Part shown: positions 10,561-19,972 of the stretch, piece by piece
How positions within the stretch are numbered: the first letter of the stretch is position 1
How the letters are laid out: each line of letters begins with the position of its first letter
DNA from: Candidatus Latescibacterota bacterium
Lineage (GTDB): Bacteria; Latescibacterota; UBA2968
Reading direction: 5' to 3'
Assembly: GCA_965198115.1 (NCBI GenBank)
Contig: OZ240241.1
Span: 6,464,001-6,528,000, forward strand
Length of the DNA stretch: 64,000 nucleotides
The notes under the pieces: generated by a model
What the model saw: only the letters and a program-made list of their open reading frames with translations
Databases searched by the model: none
What the model was told of the DNA's origin: nothing
Position numbers and translations under genes: made by a program

Positions 10561-10713
10561 TCGTTTGCTCCAACGGGATAGCTCCCAAAAACGGTTGCCT
10601 TCCTTCGATGAGAACCTTGTTACCCCGGTATGCTTCTGAGGAGTCTGTCCCGAACAAATGTGAGGGAGGGCCCATTTTCTCGAAGCTTGTTTGCATATCG
10701 ATGGTGCTTCGTC

Positions 10714-10773
10714 AGAATGGATCCCCCTTCGACAAGCTCAGGACAGGCGGCTCAAAACACCGCCGGGATGACA
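10714..10773. repeat. Composite repeat: 37-nt host REP with a nested 23-nt CCTTCG...AGGC unit
   Basis: AGAATGGATCCC[CCTTCGACAAGCTCAGGACAGGC 10726-10748]GGCTCAAAACACCGCCGGGATGACA; the uninterrupted host is at 19899-19935 (reverse complement). Confidence 0.8.
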
Positions 10774-10792
10774 GTAGTGGTCGCCACACTAA

Positions 10793-12086
10793 GGGTTTGC
10801 CACGAAATAAGTGCTGCACTTTTCAAGGTAATGATCTTACGCTCGGAGTGTGGACGTCGAAACTCTCCGAACGAAGTATGAAGCCTTGGCTCCGGTGCTG
10901 ACGGAACGCACGCGTCGTCTGTGGGCCGCCACGGAAGCCGAAGCGTTGGGTCACGGTGGGATCGCGATTGTGGCTCTGGCGACAGGAATGTCCAGAGAGC
11001 GGATCTTTCGTGGCATTCAGGAGTTGAGGTCGGACGAACCTTTGGACCCGGCTCGCATCCGGCGTCCAGGCGGCGGTCGTAAGCGGAAGGCCGACACGGA
11101 CCCGACGCTGTGGCAGGACCTGAATGATCTGGTCGAGCCAACGACTGCGGGGTCGCCTGACGACAATCCTCTGAGATGGACATCGAAGAGCACTCGCAAA
11201 CTGGCCGCCGAGTTGCAAGCGATGGGGCATTCGGTGAGCCCCAGGATCGTTGCCAATCTCCTGCACGAACACGATTACACGCTGCAGGCGAATCGGAAGA
11301 CAAGGGAGGGATCTGCACACCCGGATCGGGACGCTCAGTTCGTTTACCTCGATGATCGGATTAGCCAGCAGCAGCAGCAGGGCCTTCCCGTTATCTCGGT
11401 GGACACCAAGAAGAAAGAGTTGATCGGCGACTTCAAGAATCCTGGCCGAGAATGGCGACCCAAGGGAGACCCGGAGCGTGTGAAGGTACACGATTTCATA
11501 GTGCCTGCTCAGGGCAAGGCGATCCCTTATGGAGTGTATGATCTGAGCCGTGATGAAGGCTGGGTAAGTGTCGGTATCGATCACGACACGGCCAGCTTCG
11601 CCGTGAATGCGATCCGAAGTTGGTGGAAGAACATGGGACGGCCCGCCTACGGCACTTCGACGCATCTGCTAATCACGGCGGACGCAGGCGGCAGCAACGG
11701 CGCCAAGACGCGGCTGTGGAAGTGGGAGCTGCAGCGCTTTGCGAATCGCACTGGCCTGACGATCACCGTATGCCACTACCCTCCTGGCACTAGTAAGTGG
11801 AACAAGATCGAACATCGCCTGTTCTCCTTCATCGCTATGAACTGGCGAGGCAAGCCCCTGGTCAGCCTGGCTGCAACCGTGAATCTCATTGCCGGAACGA
11901 CCACTCAAGCCGGTCTCCGAGTACGCTCCGAGATCGACAAGCGACCCTACCCTAACGGGGTCAAGGTGACCGATGAACAGATGACCCAAATCGATCTCAC
12001 TCCGCACGATTTCCACGGCGACTGGAACTACACGATCCGGCCAATGGCTCAACATTGAGATCGACCGTTTATTTATTCGCGAACCC
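10793..12086 (+). mobile_element. ISAzo13-family insertion sequence (1294 bp)
   Basis: Ends GGGTTTGCCACGAAATAA / rc GGGTTCGCGAATAAATAA; 3-bp duplication TAA at 10790-10792 and 12087-12089. Confidence 0.88.
10850..12058 (+). CDS. ISAzo13-family (Rhodopirellula-type) transposase
   Basis: RRPGGGRK, LRWTSKS, ISVDTKKKELIG, ITADAGGSN, PPGTSKWNKIEHRLFS, HGDWNY motifs. Confidence 0.95.
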   Translation: MDVETLRTKYEALAPVLTERTRRLWAATEAEALGHGGIAIVALATGMSRERIFRGIQELRSDEPLDPARIRRPGGGRKRKADTDPTLWQDLNDLVEPTTAGSPDDNPLRWTSKSTRKLAAELQAMGHSVSPRIVANLLHEHDYTLQANRKTREGSAHPDRDAQFVYLDDRISQQQQQGLPVISVDTKKKELIGDFKNPGREWRPKGDPERVKVHDFIVPAQGKAIPYGVYDLSRDEGWVSVGIDHDTASFAVNAIRSWWKNMGRPAYGTSTHLLITADAGGSNGAKTRLWKWELQRFANRTGLTITVCHYPPGTSKWNKIEHRLFSFIAMNWRGKPLVSLAATVNLIAGTTTQAGLRVRSEIDKRPYPNGVKVTDEQMTQIDLTPHDFHGDWNYTIRPMAQH

Positions 12087-12101
12087 TAAGCTCATCGGCC
12101 A

Positions 12102-12872
12102 TTACACGTCGCACACTTCGAAAGCCTGGCGTAACGCCGGCAGCACGTCGCCTTTCGGCCTGAACTCGTGGCCGACGTAGCCCTCATAGCCCGCCCGATC
12201 CAGGGCTCGGCATATGGGTCTGTAGTTCAGCTCCTGCTCATCGTCCAGGTCGTTTCTGCCAGGATTCCCCGCTGTGTGGACATGCCCGAAAACGCCCGCG
12301 TGCGTTTCGATGGTGCGGATGATGTCGCCTTCCATAATCTGCATGTGATAGATGTCATAGAGGAGTTTCACACGTGGGCTCCCGACGCGATTTACGACGT
12401 CTACGCCCCAAGCCGTATGGTCACACACGTAGTTTGGATGATTCACCTTCGAATTGAGCAGCTCGAGGTTGAGGTTGACACCCTTCTCCTCGGAGTAGGG
12501 GGCCGCTCGTCTCAGCCCTTCGGCTGTGTTCTCCTTCGCCTCTTCCTCCGACATTCCTTCGACACGATTCCCGCTGAAACAGATGAGCCCAGTGATGTTC
12601 CGTTCGGCGGCCAGATCGATAGATGCCTTCAGCTCGTCTTCGATGCGGTCGTGATTTTCACGCTTGTTCAACCCGTCTGTGAGAGCCTGGTGACCCGCTG
12701 TGCTGACGACGCGGAGACCGTGACCGCTCGCCGCGTCACAGATCGCGTCAAACTCGGCGCCGCGCCCCCAAACTTCGATCGCCGGATAGCCGATGTCGGC
12801 GATGCCTTGGAGGAGTTCATCTTGATCCATCTCCGGGAGAATGGGGACACAGATAGATTGTTTGATGGGCAT
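12102..12872 (-). CDS. Hydroxypyruvate isomerase (Hyi)-like TIM-barrel protein
   Basis: 256 aa; LELLNSKVNH, LLYDIYHMQIMEG, HVHTAGNPGR, GYVGHEF. Confidence 0.9.
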   Translation of the reverse strand: MPIKQSICVPILPEMDQDELLQGIADIGYPAIEVWGRGAEFDAICDAASGHGLRVVSTAGHQALTDGLNKRENHDRIEDELKASIDLAAERNITGLICFSGNRVEGMSEEEAKENTAEGLRRAAPYSEEKGVNLNLELLNSKVNHPNYVCDHTAWGVDVVNRVGSPRVKLLYDIYHMQIMEGDIIRTIETHAGVFGHVHTAGNPGRNDLDDEQELNYRPICRALDRAGYEGYVGHEFRPKGDVLPALRQAFEVCDV

Positions 12873-12904
12873 GGGTTTCTCTCTCTATGATCGGTTCACA
12901 ATGT

Positions 12905-13036
12905 GTCTCCGCGCGGAGCACGGGACGAGCGACGCGTTGTGTGTATTAGGGGCAGAGCCCCTGCTACGATCGGGCTCCCGCCCGACCCAACCATGAAACG
13001 ACGCGAACCGCTCGCCCCTGGGCTCGGCCCGGGGGC
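12905..13036. repeat. Inverted pair of REP-like hairpins (CCCCGTGC.GAGCACGGG family)
   Basis: GTCTCCGCGCGGAGCACGGGACGAGC at 12905-12930 and CGCTCGCCCCTGGGCTCGGCCCGGGGGC at 13009-13036; same arrangement at 19426/19489 and 36522/36626. Confidence 0.7.
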
Positions 13037-13134
13037 ATGGTGTTCGCCGACAAGGCTAAACTGGCACTATCGTGGCCTTACAGGCCGCACACGACTCGAT
13101 GTCTTTCAGATCCCAGGGCGTTGCCCTGGGCTTA

Positions 13135-14396
13135 GTACTCCTGTTCTCAAATACGGTGACGTATTCTAAGCAGACTTTGCCAAGGGCGTATCGTAGAACC
13201 TGAGTTTGTCGATCATCTCCGCGAGATCTGTTCGTGTGAACTTCCATTTGAAGGGTGTGGCGATACGTCCGTAGCGTTCCTGAAAACCGAGGATTCTTGC
13301 CTCAAGCTCTTCGAGCGATGCAAATTCGATAGGTGTCAGAGCCTTGCGTTTGAGGATCGAGAAGTAGATCTCGATCTGATTGAGCCAGCTTGCGTGGATC
13401 GGAAGGTGAACGGGGTGGATGTTTGGCCACTTCCCCTGGATACGGTCGATGCATGTTTGCCCTCGGTGCGAGGAGCCATTATCCACGATGAGGTAGACTT
13501 TCTTTGCCGAGCAATAGGGTTTCCGGCTCATGATCAGGCTCAGGAGCCGGTTGAAGGGCTCGATACCCGAAGAAGACTCACAGAGACCGAAGATTCGACC
13601 ATTGTGCACGTCGAGAGCAGCCAGATAGGCCAGGGCTCCTTTCCGCTCGTATTCGTGTTCAACGCGTGCCGCTCTGTTCGAGGCTGGCGGTAGGGTAACG
13701 TGCTTGCGAGCTCGTGCTTGAATACTGGTCTTTTCGTCGGCAGAAAGTACATATTCCCTCGGCCCTAAAGGCTTTCCTTGCCATTGGCGGTGATACAGAT
13801 CAAGGACTCTACCTGCTTTGGTTTGGAAGTCCGGGTCCCGTGGGAAAATCCAGGAGCGATGATACCAAGGACGAATCGCGTCCTCGTTCAACCAGCGCCA
13901 GACAGTGGCGCCGCTGATCTTGGCAACGAAGCCCCTTTGCACTGCCTCGGCGGCAATCTCGGAACAGCTGAACCGCGAGAGCGGTATCCCGCTCTCGCTC
14001 GGTAGTTCACACGCCAGCGCCTTGATCTGAACGACCACCTGAGGGGGGGAAAACCGGGCGGGCGCCCGGGACGAGATCTATCTTCGAGTCCCGAAAGACG
14101 CTCTTCGAAAAAGCGCTTACGCCATTTGCTTACGATCGGACGCGGGACATCCAACCGTTGGGCGATAATCTTGTTGGATAATCCCTCGGCGGCGAGAAGC
14201 ACGATTTTCGATCGGATCACTTGATAATACGATAACGTATATTGTCCAGCCATTCGCTCGAGGTCGACCCGTTCCTTCTCAGACAGTAGCACCACATAAG
14301 GCGAACGTCTTGGCATTGTTCTCCTCCTTTTGAAGGAGAACATAAGCTACAAATAATGTTCAGGACATACGTAATAATATTTATGAAACCATGCAC
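13135..14396 (-). mobile_element. IS630-family insertion sequence (1262 bp)
   Basis: Imperfect IRs GTACTCCTGTTCTCAAATACGGTGACGTA / rc GTGCATGGTTTCATAAATATTATTACGTA; TA duplication at 13133-13134 and 14397-14398. Confidence 0.9.
13166..14316 (-). CDS. IS630-family transposase (HTH orfA + DDE orfB joined by a -1 frameshift)
   Basis: orfA from ATG 14316 (AAGGAGG RBS; ...KWRKRF...GLEDRSRPGRP); orfB 14038-13166 (SADEK, IVDNGSSH, ASWLNQIE) is in the -1 frame across TTTTCCCCCCC at 14043-14053. Confidence 0.9.
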
Positions 14397-14504
14397 TAAG
14401 GTATGTCGCGCCGTTGGCGCTCAAAACCAACGACCGGGTTGACGCCCGCCGCCTGTTCGAATACCGATCCTCACGGCGAGCCGTCGTTTCGCCACAGTCC
14501 ACCG

Positions 14505-15083
14505 CTATCCGTCTTCCAACAATCCCGCTGTCTGAAGTGGACGCCAGAAAGCATAGTCAGCATGATGCACGATCTGGACGTGGAGCGATCGTGTCACGAG
14601 TTCACCTTCACCGGAATGACATCCAGCCGCGTGACAGACCTCCTCGGGCAATCCGATCGTCAGGCAGACATGTGTGCCGTATTGCGTGTGGCGGATGGCA
14701 GGATAGCCGGTGCCCGGGGTGTTGGCCTTCCATCGCTTCTGATTCTCGGGGTCGAATTCGTAAGGCTTCCCGACGTCGTGACAGAGGGCACAGGCGATGA
14801 GCAGATCGCGATCGACGGGAAGATCGGGAAATTGATCGCTCAGGGTATCGGCGATGACGATGGCGAGTCGAGTAACGCCCCGGATGTGGTCCGTCTGTGT
14901 TCCGGACTTGAGTGCGGGTGTGTCGGGATTTCCGGACGCTCGGATCTGATCGATCGAGTCGAAAGAACTTCGGGACAGGCTATATGTCCAGGCGTCGAGG
15001 ACCTTGCTGCGGAGCTTTTCGTCCTTGATTTCATTCAACTCCGGAAGAGAATCGATCACAGTTTGTTTGATCTGGTCACTCAT
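14505..15083 (-). CDS. HD-domain metalloprotein
   Basis: 192 aa; TDH...LCHDVGK...RHTQYG...GCHS...HHAD, a full H-HD-H-H-D ligand set. Confidence 0.88.
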   Translation of the reverse strand: MSDQIKQTVIDSLPELNEIKDEKLRSKVLDAWTYSLSRSSFDSIDQIRASGNPDTPALKSGTQTDHIRGVTRLAIVIADTLSDQFPDLPVDRDLLIACALCHDVGKPYEFDPENQKRWKANTPGTGYPAIRHTQYGTHVCLTIGLPEEVCHAAGCHSGEGELVTRSLHVQIVHHADYAFWRPLQTAGLLEDG

Positions 15084-15107
15084 TGGGGACCTCGGAGGAT
15101 GTGAACC

Positions 15108-16133
15108 TCAGGCCTGCGATGTGGCGCCGGCAATGCGCCAGACGCCCCGTTCGTTCTCTGCCGTACCGTCGCAGCCCTCGTAGACGATTCGGTAGGCCTG
15201 ACCTGTCGGCAGACGATAGATGCACATTTCGGATGACTTCGCTCGATCCCAGCGTCCGCCCGGAGACAAGGCTGGCTTGGTTTCCTTCTCCCAGGTCAGC
15301 CCATCTTCCGACTGGGCTCGGAGGATTTGGGCCCGGTTGGTCGCGCTATAACCGGCGTAGTACATGATATATGTGCCTGTGTAGAGCTGGAGAATCTCGC
15401 AGGCGAACGCTGTGGCCGTATCGTGTGTTCCCCCATTCGGGACCCTCGTGCCCTCCTCTTCCGTGAATGACAGCCCGTCGTCAGAGATGGCACTGATGAT
15501 GCCGCGTCCACGCTGTCCACAGTAGAGACGCGTGCGGCCGTCCTGAAGAAACAGAATCCGAGGGGACGAATAGTTCGCGATGGCAGAGGACAATCGATCG
15601 CCGGACTCAACAGACCAGGAGAGCCCATCGTTGGAGATGGCGCTGCGGATAGAGCTGGGCTCGGTCTGCGGCCCCGTCGCACACTCGTAATACATTCTGA
15701 AACGACCGTCGGATGTGGGAACGACCTCGGAAGACACGACGCGCCACTCTCCCGCGCCGCCGTGTTGCGGGGTCAGACGTACGCCCGGCTCGGGGGTCCA
15801 GGCGAATCCATCGGAAGATGTGGCGCTGAGGATGCGGGTAGAGACGTTGTCGTAGTCGTTGGCACCCGCGGGATGTCCCGGACGGGGCAGCATCTGGGTG
15901 TAGTACATGCGGAGACTGCGGTCGGGCAGCCTGAGCACGCGAGGAGACACTGAGCCGCAGATCCCGGTCCGAGGAAGGTCAGCCGGCCAGGTTGCCTCTG
16001 GGCGTGGATCCGTAGCGTCGTCGGGTGGTGCCTCGATGGAGGGGGTTTCGTCTTTGTGCCACCCGACACCCGGATCGGACGGAATCGCGTGCACGTCGGG
16101 AGAAGACGTGGCGGAACGGGAGAGATCGATCAT
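15108..16133 (-). CDS. Five-bladed beta-propeller, glycoside hydrolase-like (GH43/GH130-like fold)
   Basis: 341 aa; repeated RMYY...SxDGxxW blades (SSDGFAW, SNDGLSW, SDDGLSF, SEDGLTW). Confidence 0.7.
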   Translation of the reverse strand: MIDLSRSATSSPDVHAIPSDPGVGWHKDETPSIEAPPDDATDPRPEATWPADLPRTGICGSVSPRVLRLPDRSLRMYYTQMLPRPGHPAGANDYDNVSTRILSATSSDGFAWTPEPGVRLTPQHGGAGEWRVVSSEVVPTSDGRFRMYYECATGPQTEPSSIRSAISNDGLSWSVESGDRLSSAIANYSSPRILFLQDGRTRLYCGQRGRGIISAISDDGLSFTEEEGTRVPNGGTHDTATAFACEILQLYTGTYIMYYAGYSATNRAQILRAQSEDGLTWEKETKPALSPGGRWDRAKSSEMCIYRLPTGQAYRIVYEGCDGTAENERGVWRIAGATSQA

Positions 16134-16145
16134 TCGGTTCAGCGT

Positions 16146-17378
16146 TTATGCAACAGGATACGAGATCGCCGAGGAGGGATAGACAGCCACCTTCGGTGTC
16201 TTGCCTCTGAACTGATCCTCCAGCATGTCGCGTGCGTTTCCCCAGACTTCAACAAGCTCGGCGTTGGGATACACATCGCGTACCTCGGCTGGACCGACGA
16301 CGTCGGACATATAGTAGAATTCAGGGACGTCGGTCTTGACGGGCACAGACTGCTCTTCTCGCTCTCTGTTCTCTTCCGCCCTGGTGTGCTTCTTGTTGAT
16401 GATACCCATCCGATGATAGCCTACGCCTTCGCTTCCGGCGGCGACGAGGACCTTGGCAGATCCATTCGATGCGTGGAGGGGCCAGAGACCGTGGCCGCTA
16501 TAGTTGATATCGTGGTCCCGGGGGTACCCTGTTGCAACGACGATTTCGGCGTCTTCGACCATTCGGATGGCGTAAGCCTTACGAGCGATTTCTACCGCCG
16601 CTCGATGGGCCTCAACAACATCGCCGACGACCGCCCCCGTGACTTCACGCGCGTTATTGAGGATCAGGAGGCACGTCGCGTCCAGCCCTGCCATTCGAGC
16701 CGCTTCTTCGGAGTTGAGACGGAACGGACTCATCTCTTTGCCGGCCTTGGTGAGCCCTTTGCCCAGTGGCCCGACCTCAAAATGGGCGGCGCGGTTAGTG
16801 CGATGACTGCAGCAACCTGGGATGACGATCTTGCCTCCGCCGCTGAAGGTCGCCGTCCCATGAGGCGTGGGACCGCCGACGCCGATCTTGAACTCGCAGT
16901 CCATGACCCACTGGTTCACTTCGACCGGTACACCGTACGAGGTCGTGCCCACGTTGATGAAGGCATCGTCCATCTCGTTCTGGCGGATCGGGAAGCTTCG
17001 AGCGACCTCCACACCGACCTTCTTTGCCTTGTCGGGACCGTGCATCATTCGGTGGCAGCCGTGTGCGATGAAGATGAGAATGGAGCCCTCGTCGATTCCG
17101 GCCTGGACGAGCTCTTCGATGATGAAGGGGAGGACGCGTGAGGCCGGTGTCGGTCGCGTAAGATCGTCAACGAGGATGACAGCGCTCTTCCGGCCGCTTG
17201 CCATCTCGGAGATCCGCGGTGTTCCGACGGGGTTCGCGAAGGCGTCGCCAACTTGCTCGTCTGTGAGCACCGGCCGAGATTCGAATGCTGCTGTTTCCAC
17301 TTGCCAGTTTTCGGGGAATGTCAGGTCAACGTCACGATCGCCATACCAGGCTGCCGTCTTGACCGTTACGGTACTCAT
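16146..17378 (-). CDS. LarA-family (nickel-pincer lactate racemase-like) protein
   Basis: DDLTRPTP, AHGCHR, PHGTATFSGGGKIVIPG...AAH motifs; ATG 17378 after CAGGAGG. Confidence 0.85.
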   Translation of the reverse strand: MSTVTVKTAAWYGDRDVDLTFPENWQVETAAFESRPVLTDEQVGDAFANPVGTPRISEMASGRKSAVILVDDLTRPTPASRVLPFIIEELVQAGIDEGSILIFIAHGCHRMMHGPDKAKKVGVEVARSFPIRQNEMDDAFINVGTTSYGVPVEVNQWVMDCEFKIGVGGPTPHGTATFSGGGKIVIPGCCSHRTNRAAHFEVGPLGKGLTKAGKEMSPFRLNSEEAARMAGLDATCLLILNNAREVTGAVVGDVVEAHRAAVEIARKAYAIRMVEDAEIVVATGYPRDHDINYSGHGLWPLHASNGSAKVLVAAGSEGVGYHRMGIINKKHTRAEENREREEQSVPVKTDVPEFYYMSDVVGPAEVRDVYPNAELVEVWGNARDMLEDQFRGKTPKVAVYPSSAISYPVA

Positions 17379-17490
17379 CAAGTCCTCCTGCTGGTGAATT
17401 GTTCGGTTGACCACCCCTCCAACCTCACCGCTTTCCGCCGGACAATCTATGCCGGACAGAAGAAAAAACCATCGCAATATTTACGGCCCT

Positions 17491-18186
17491 TCAACGTTCT
17501 GTCGAGCGTTCGAGCAACTGCTGAAGACGAATGGGAAACTGGTCGACCAGGTCCTTGGGAACGAGAGGCCACCCCTTGGCGGGGCGATGGACCAGGGGTG
17601 GCGCGTAGGCTACGTTGGCTCCCATGCGATGCGCGGTGCTCGAGGCGTTCGGCCCGTTGCGGTGCCAGAGTGCGCCGTGCCAGATCAGCACCGAACCCCG
17701 ACTGCCCACGACGGAGGTCTCGCCGAAGTAAACGCAATTGGCTTCCGGTGGTCTAAGGCGTCTGTGGCTGCCTGGAACGACACGGGTCGCGCCGTTTTCT
17801 TCGGTGAAGTCGGTGAGCATCCACATGGTCTGAAGCAGCAGCGGCCAGGGCGGCCAGGGCTGCGGCAGCTGATTCAACGGCCAATCCGAATGGAGACCCC
17901 CACCGGGCGAGCCCGGCTGGCACCACATCGTGCAGACGTTGTTGACCAGGTAGAAATCCTCGCCGAGCGCGTGTTCGACGATCTCCAGGACCTCCGGATG
18001 GATGCAAAGCGGGGCAAGTTCGAGTATCTGACAAAGGGCGCCTTCGAGTTTGACGTAACCGCCCTGGTCATCCATGAGAGGACGGGCTTGACGGTCAAGA
18101 CGCTGGGCTTCTGCGGGATCGATTGCGTCCTTCAGGACGCAGTAGCCCCTCTCGGCGAGATCGGCCTTGGCCTCGTCGAGGCTCAC
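17491..18186 (-). CDS. PhyH-family Fe(II)/2OG dioxygenase
   Basis: 231 aa; LHSD, WMLTDFTEENGATRVVPGSH, LWH; start overlaps the stop of the upstream enolase gene. Confidence 0.9.
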   Translation of the reverse strand: MSLDEAKADLAERGYCVLKDAIDPAEAQRLDRQARPLMDDQGGYVKLEGALCQILELAPLCIHPEVLEIVEHALGEDFYLVNNVCTMWCQPGSPGGGLHSDWPLNQLPQPWPPWPLLLQTMWMLTDFTEENGATRVVPGSHRRLRPPEANCVYFGETSVVGSRGSVLIWHGALWHRNGPNASSTAHRMGANVAYAPPLVHRPAKGWPLVPKDLVDQFPIRLQQLLERSTER

Positions 18187-19400
18187 GCGTCTTTGAAAGC
18201 GCCCTCGGTCTGGACGCGATCGTGAATCTGCGAGAATTCTGCCGAGCCGTCGTCATTCCAGACCGTGCTTCGGATGCCACGCACGTTGCCCTCGGCGAAT
18301 CCGGTCAATGCGACGGCGCCTGGGATCGATGGGGTGTACCATTTGCCCCCGGCCGGGAGGTCTAGGATGCCGACGTGTTTGGGTAGTTCGGTCTTTGGCC
18401 GGGCAGCGAGCGATTCGAGCACGTCTTCGTCGACGTCGACGCCCAGACCGGGTCCTTCGGGAACCGGCGTGCTACCGTCGCTGACTTCAAGGCGACCACC
18501 GGTGACGTCCTCCTCGCATTGATCGTCGAGGTTGGTCGAGTGAGACACGTTAGGAATGACTGCGCCCAGGTGCATGGCCATCGCCTTCGAAAGGGTACCC
18601 CCAGTGAGCTGGATGACCGTGGACAGATTCGCGACCGAGGCCGCATAGCCGCGTTTGATGGAGGTGCCGATACCCATTTCACCGATCATGTAGAGATCGG
18701 CGCATCCACCCAAGATCTCGGGCCCGGTGCCGAGTCGAGGGGTGTGCATGAGGATGGCGACAGAAAGCTGAGATCGAAGGAGACGCCAGCCTTCGAGATC
18801 TTCGGGGACGAGCGGATCCTCGATGATTCCGACAACGGGCGACTCGGCCAGTTCGTGTACGATGTGAACGACTTCGTTGCGTTTTCGGTTGTGGTTCAGG
18901 TCGTAGTGAACCTTGAAGTGGGAGGGTAGGACGTCTTCAGCGGCGCGCGTCTGCGCGAATACACAGTGATGAGCGCACGTGTGCATCTTGAAGAGGTGGT
19001 AGCCTTCGTCGACGGCACGTTGGAGCTCGAGGGCGAAGTCTTCGGGAGCCGCGGGTCGTGTCCAGGCAGCTACGGGCACGCGGTCTCTGACCTTGGGACC
19101 GATGAGTTTGTAAGCGGGAACTTCGAGGTGTTTGCCGACGACGTCGTAGATGGCGCCAACGAGACCCGTAGACAGGTCGGAAGCGAGAAAGTCGGCGGGT
19201 GACCGATCGGTCATCCCGTCGATATCGGATTCCGACAACGAGATGTGACCACGGGAGTCGCCATAGCCGACGATACCGTTGTCGGTCGTCACGCGGAAGA
19301 TCGTTTGTGTGTCGATCCCGCTGAAGCGGACCTCGTGACCGGCGTTGCGCGAAGCCAGTCGCGGGTTGATGTGGATGACTTCGACGTTGGTGATTTTCAT
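18183..19400 (-). CDS. Mandelate racemase/muconate lactonizing enzyme (enolase superfamily) protein
   Basis: MKITNVE...GIVGYG...AIYDVVGKHLEVPAYKLIG...IEDP...GPGLGVDVDE. Confidence 0.88.
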   Translation of the reverse strand: MKITNVEVIHINPRLASRNAGHEVRFSGIDTQTIFRVTTDNGIVGYGDSRGHISLSESDIDGMTDRSPADFLASDLSTGLVGAIYDVVGKHLEVPAYKLIGPKVRDRVPVAAWTRPAAPEDFALELQRAVDEGYHLFKMHTCAHHCVFAQTRAAEDVLPSHFKVHYDLNHNRKRNEVVHIVHELAESPVVGIIEDPLVPEDLEGWRLLRSQLSVAILMHTPRLGTGPEILGGCADLYMIGEMGIGTSIKRGYAASVANLSTVIQLTGGTLSKAMAMHLGAVIPNVSHSTNLDDQCEEDVTGGRLEVSDGSTPVPEGPGLGVDVDEDVLESLAARPKTELPKHVGILDLPAGGKWYTPSIPGAVALTGFAEGNVRGIRSTVWNDDGSAEFSQIHDRVQTEGAFKDA

Positions 19401-19425
19401 GGTGATTTCGAAGGAATACGGCAAA

Positions 19426-19518
19426 GCGTCCCCGTGCGGAGCACGGGGACAAGCCCTCGCTTCGTTCCTTTAGCTATGTTAGGCGTCTCGCTCGCCCCTG
19501 TGCTCTGCACGGGGGCGC
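19426..19518. repeat. Inverted pair of REP-like hairpins (CCCCGTGC.GAGCACGGGG family)
   Basis: GCGTCCCCGTGCGGAGCACGGGGACAAGC at 19426-19454 and CGCTCGCCCCTGTGCTCTGCACGGGGGCGC at 19489-19518. Confidence 0.8.
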
Positions 19519-19536
19519 TGGAAGAACACTGGTTTC

Positions 19537-19824
19537 CTATTCTGACACCTCGAACCGCTCCGATTCGGTCGGCTTCGACCACAGATCTGGCGCACCCTTC
19601 ATGATGGCCTCCCGCTCCGGGCTCACCTTCCACGCATCGTAGATTTCGTTGCTCTCCCAGGTGACGAGTGTCGTGATCTGCGTCTCATCGGTGTGAGAGT
19701 ATAGGGTGATCCGCTTCAAGAAGCCGGGTGCCTTGCTCTGAGCGCCCCCGTTGCGATTCAGGAGATCGCGTGCTTCCTGGATTTGGTCTGCGTGTGCCCA
19801 GTGGTGGGTCAGTACTCCGATCAT
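19537..19824 (-). CDS. Antibiotic biosynthesis monooxygenase (ABM) family protein
   Basis: ~95 aa; APGF...LVTWES...AW.SPE dimeric alpha+beta barrel pattern. Confidence 0.8.
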   Translation of the reverse strand: MIGVLTHHWAHADQIQEARDLLNRNGGAQSKAPGFLKRITLYSHTDETQITTLVTWESNEIYDAWKVSPEREAIMKGAPDLWSKPTESERFEVSE

Positions 19825-19898
19825 TGGTTCCCCCGTATATCTCGAATTGCTCACCGTTCACCCGGTGCTCCATTGCTGACAGCCGTCCTGGGTGAGAG

Positions 19899-19935
19899 TG
19901 TCATCCCGGTGGTGTGCTGAGCCGGGATCCATTCT
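19899..19935. repeat. 37-nt REP-like host repeat (empty form)
   Basis: TGTCATCCCGGTGGTGTGCTGAGCCGGGATCCATTCT; 34/37 identical to the rejoined flanks of 10714-10773. Confidence 0.8.
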
Positions 19936-19972
19936 CCGAGCACGATTGTACCGCACGGGAGTTCAAAAATAA

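Noticed and set aside
11364-11381. (CAG)5 tract in the ISAzo13 transposase as a phase-variable repeat
   Set aside because: It is short, in frame and inside an IS; there is no evidence of function.
13062-13077. Sigma-54 promoter-like TGGCAC-N-GC (also ~35507)
   Set aside because: The first has no downstream plus-strand gene and lies in repeat debris; the second has 9-nt rather than 10-nt GG-GC spacing.
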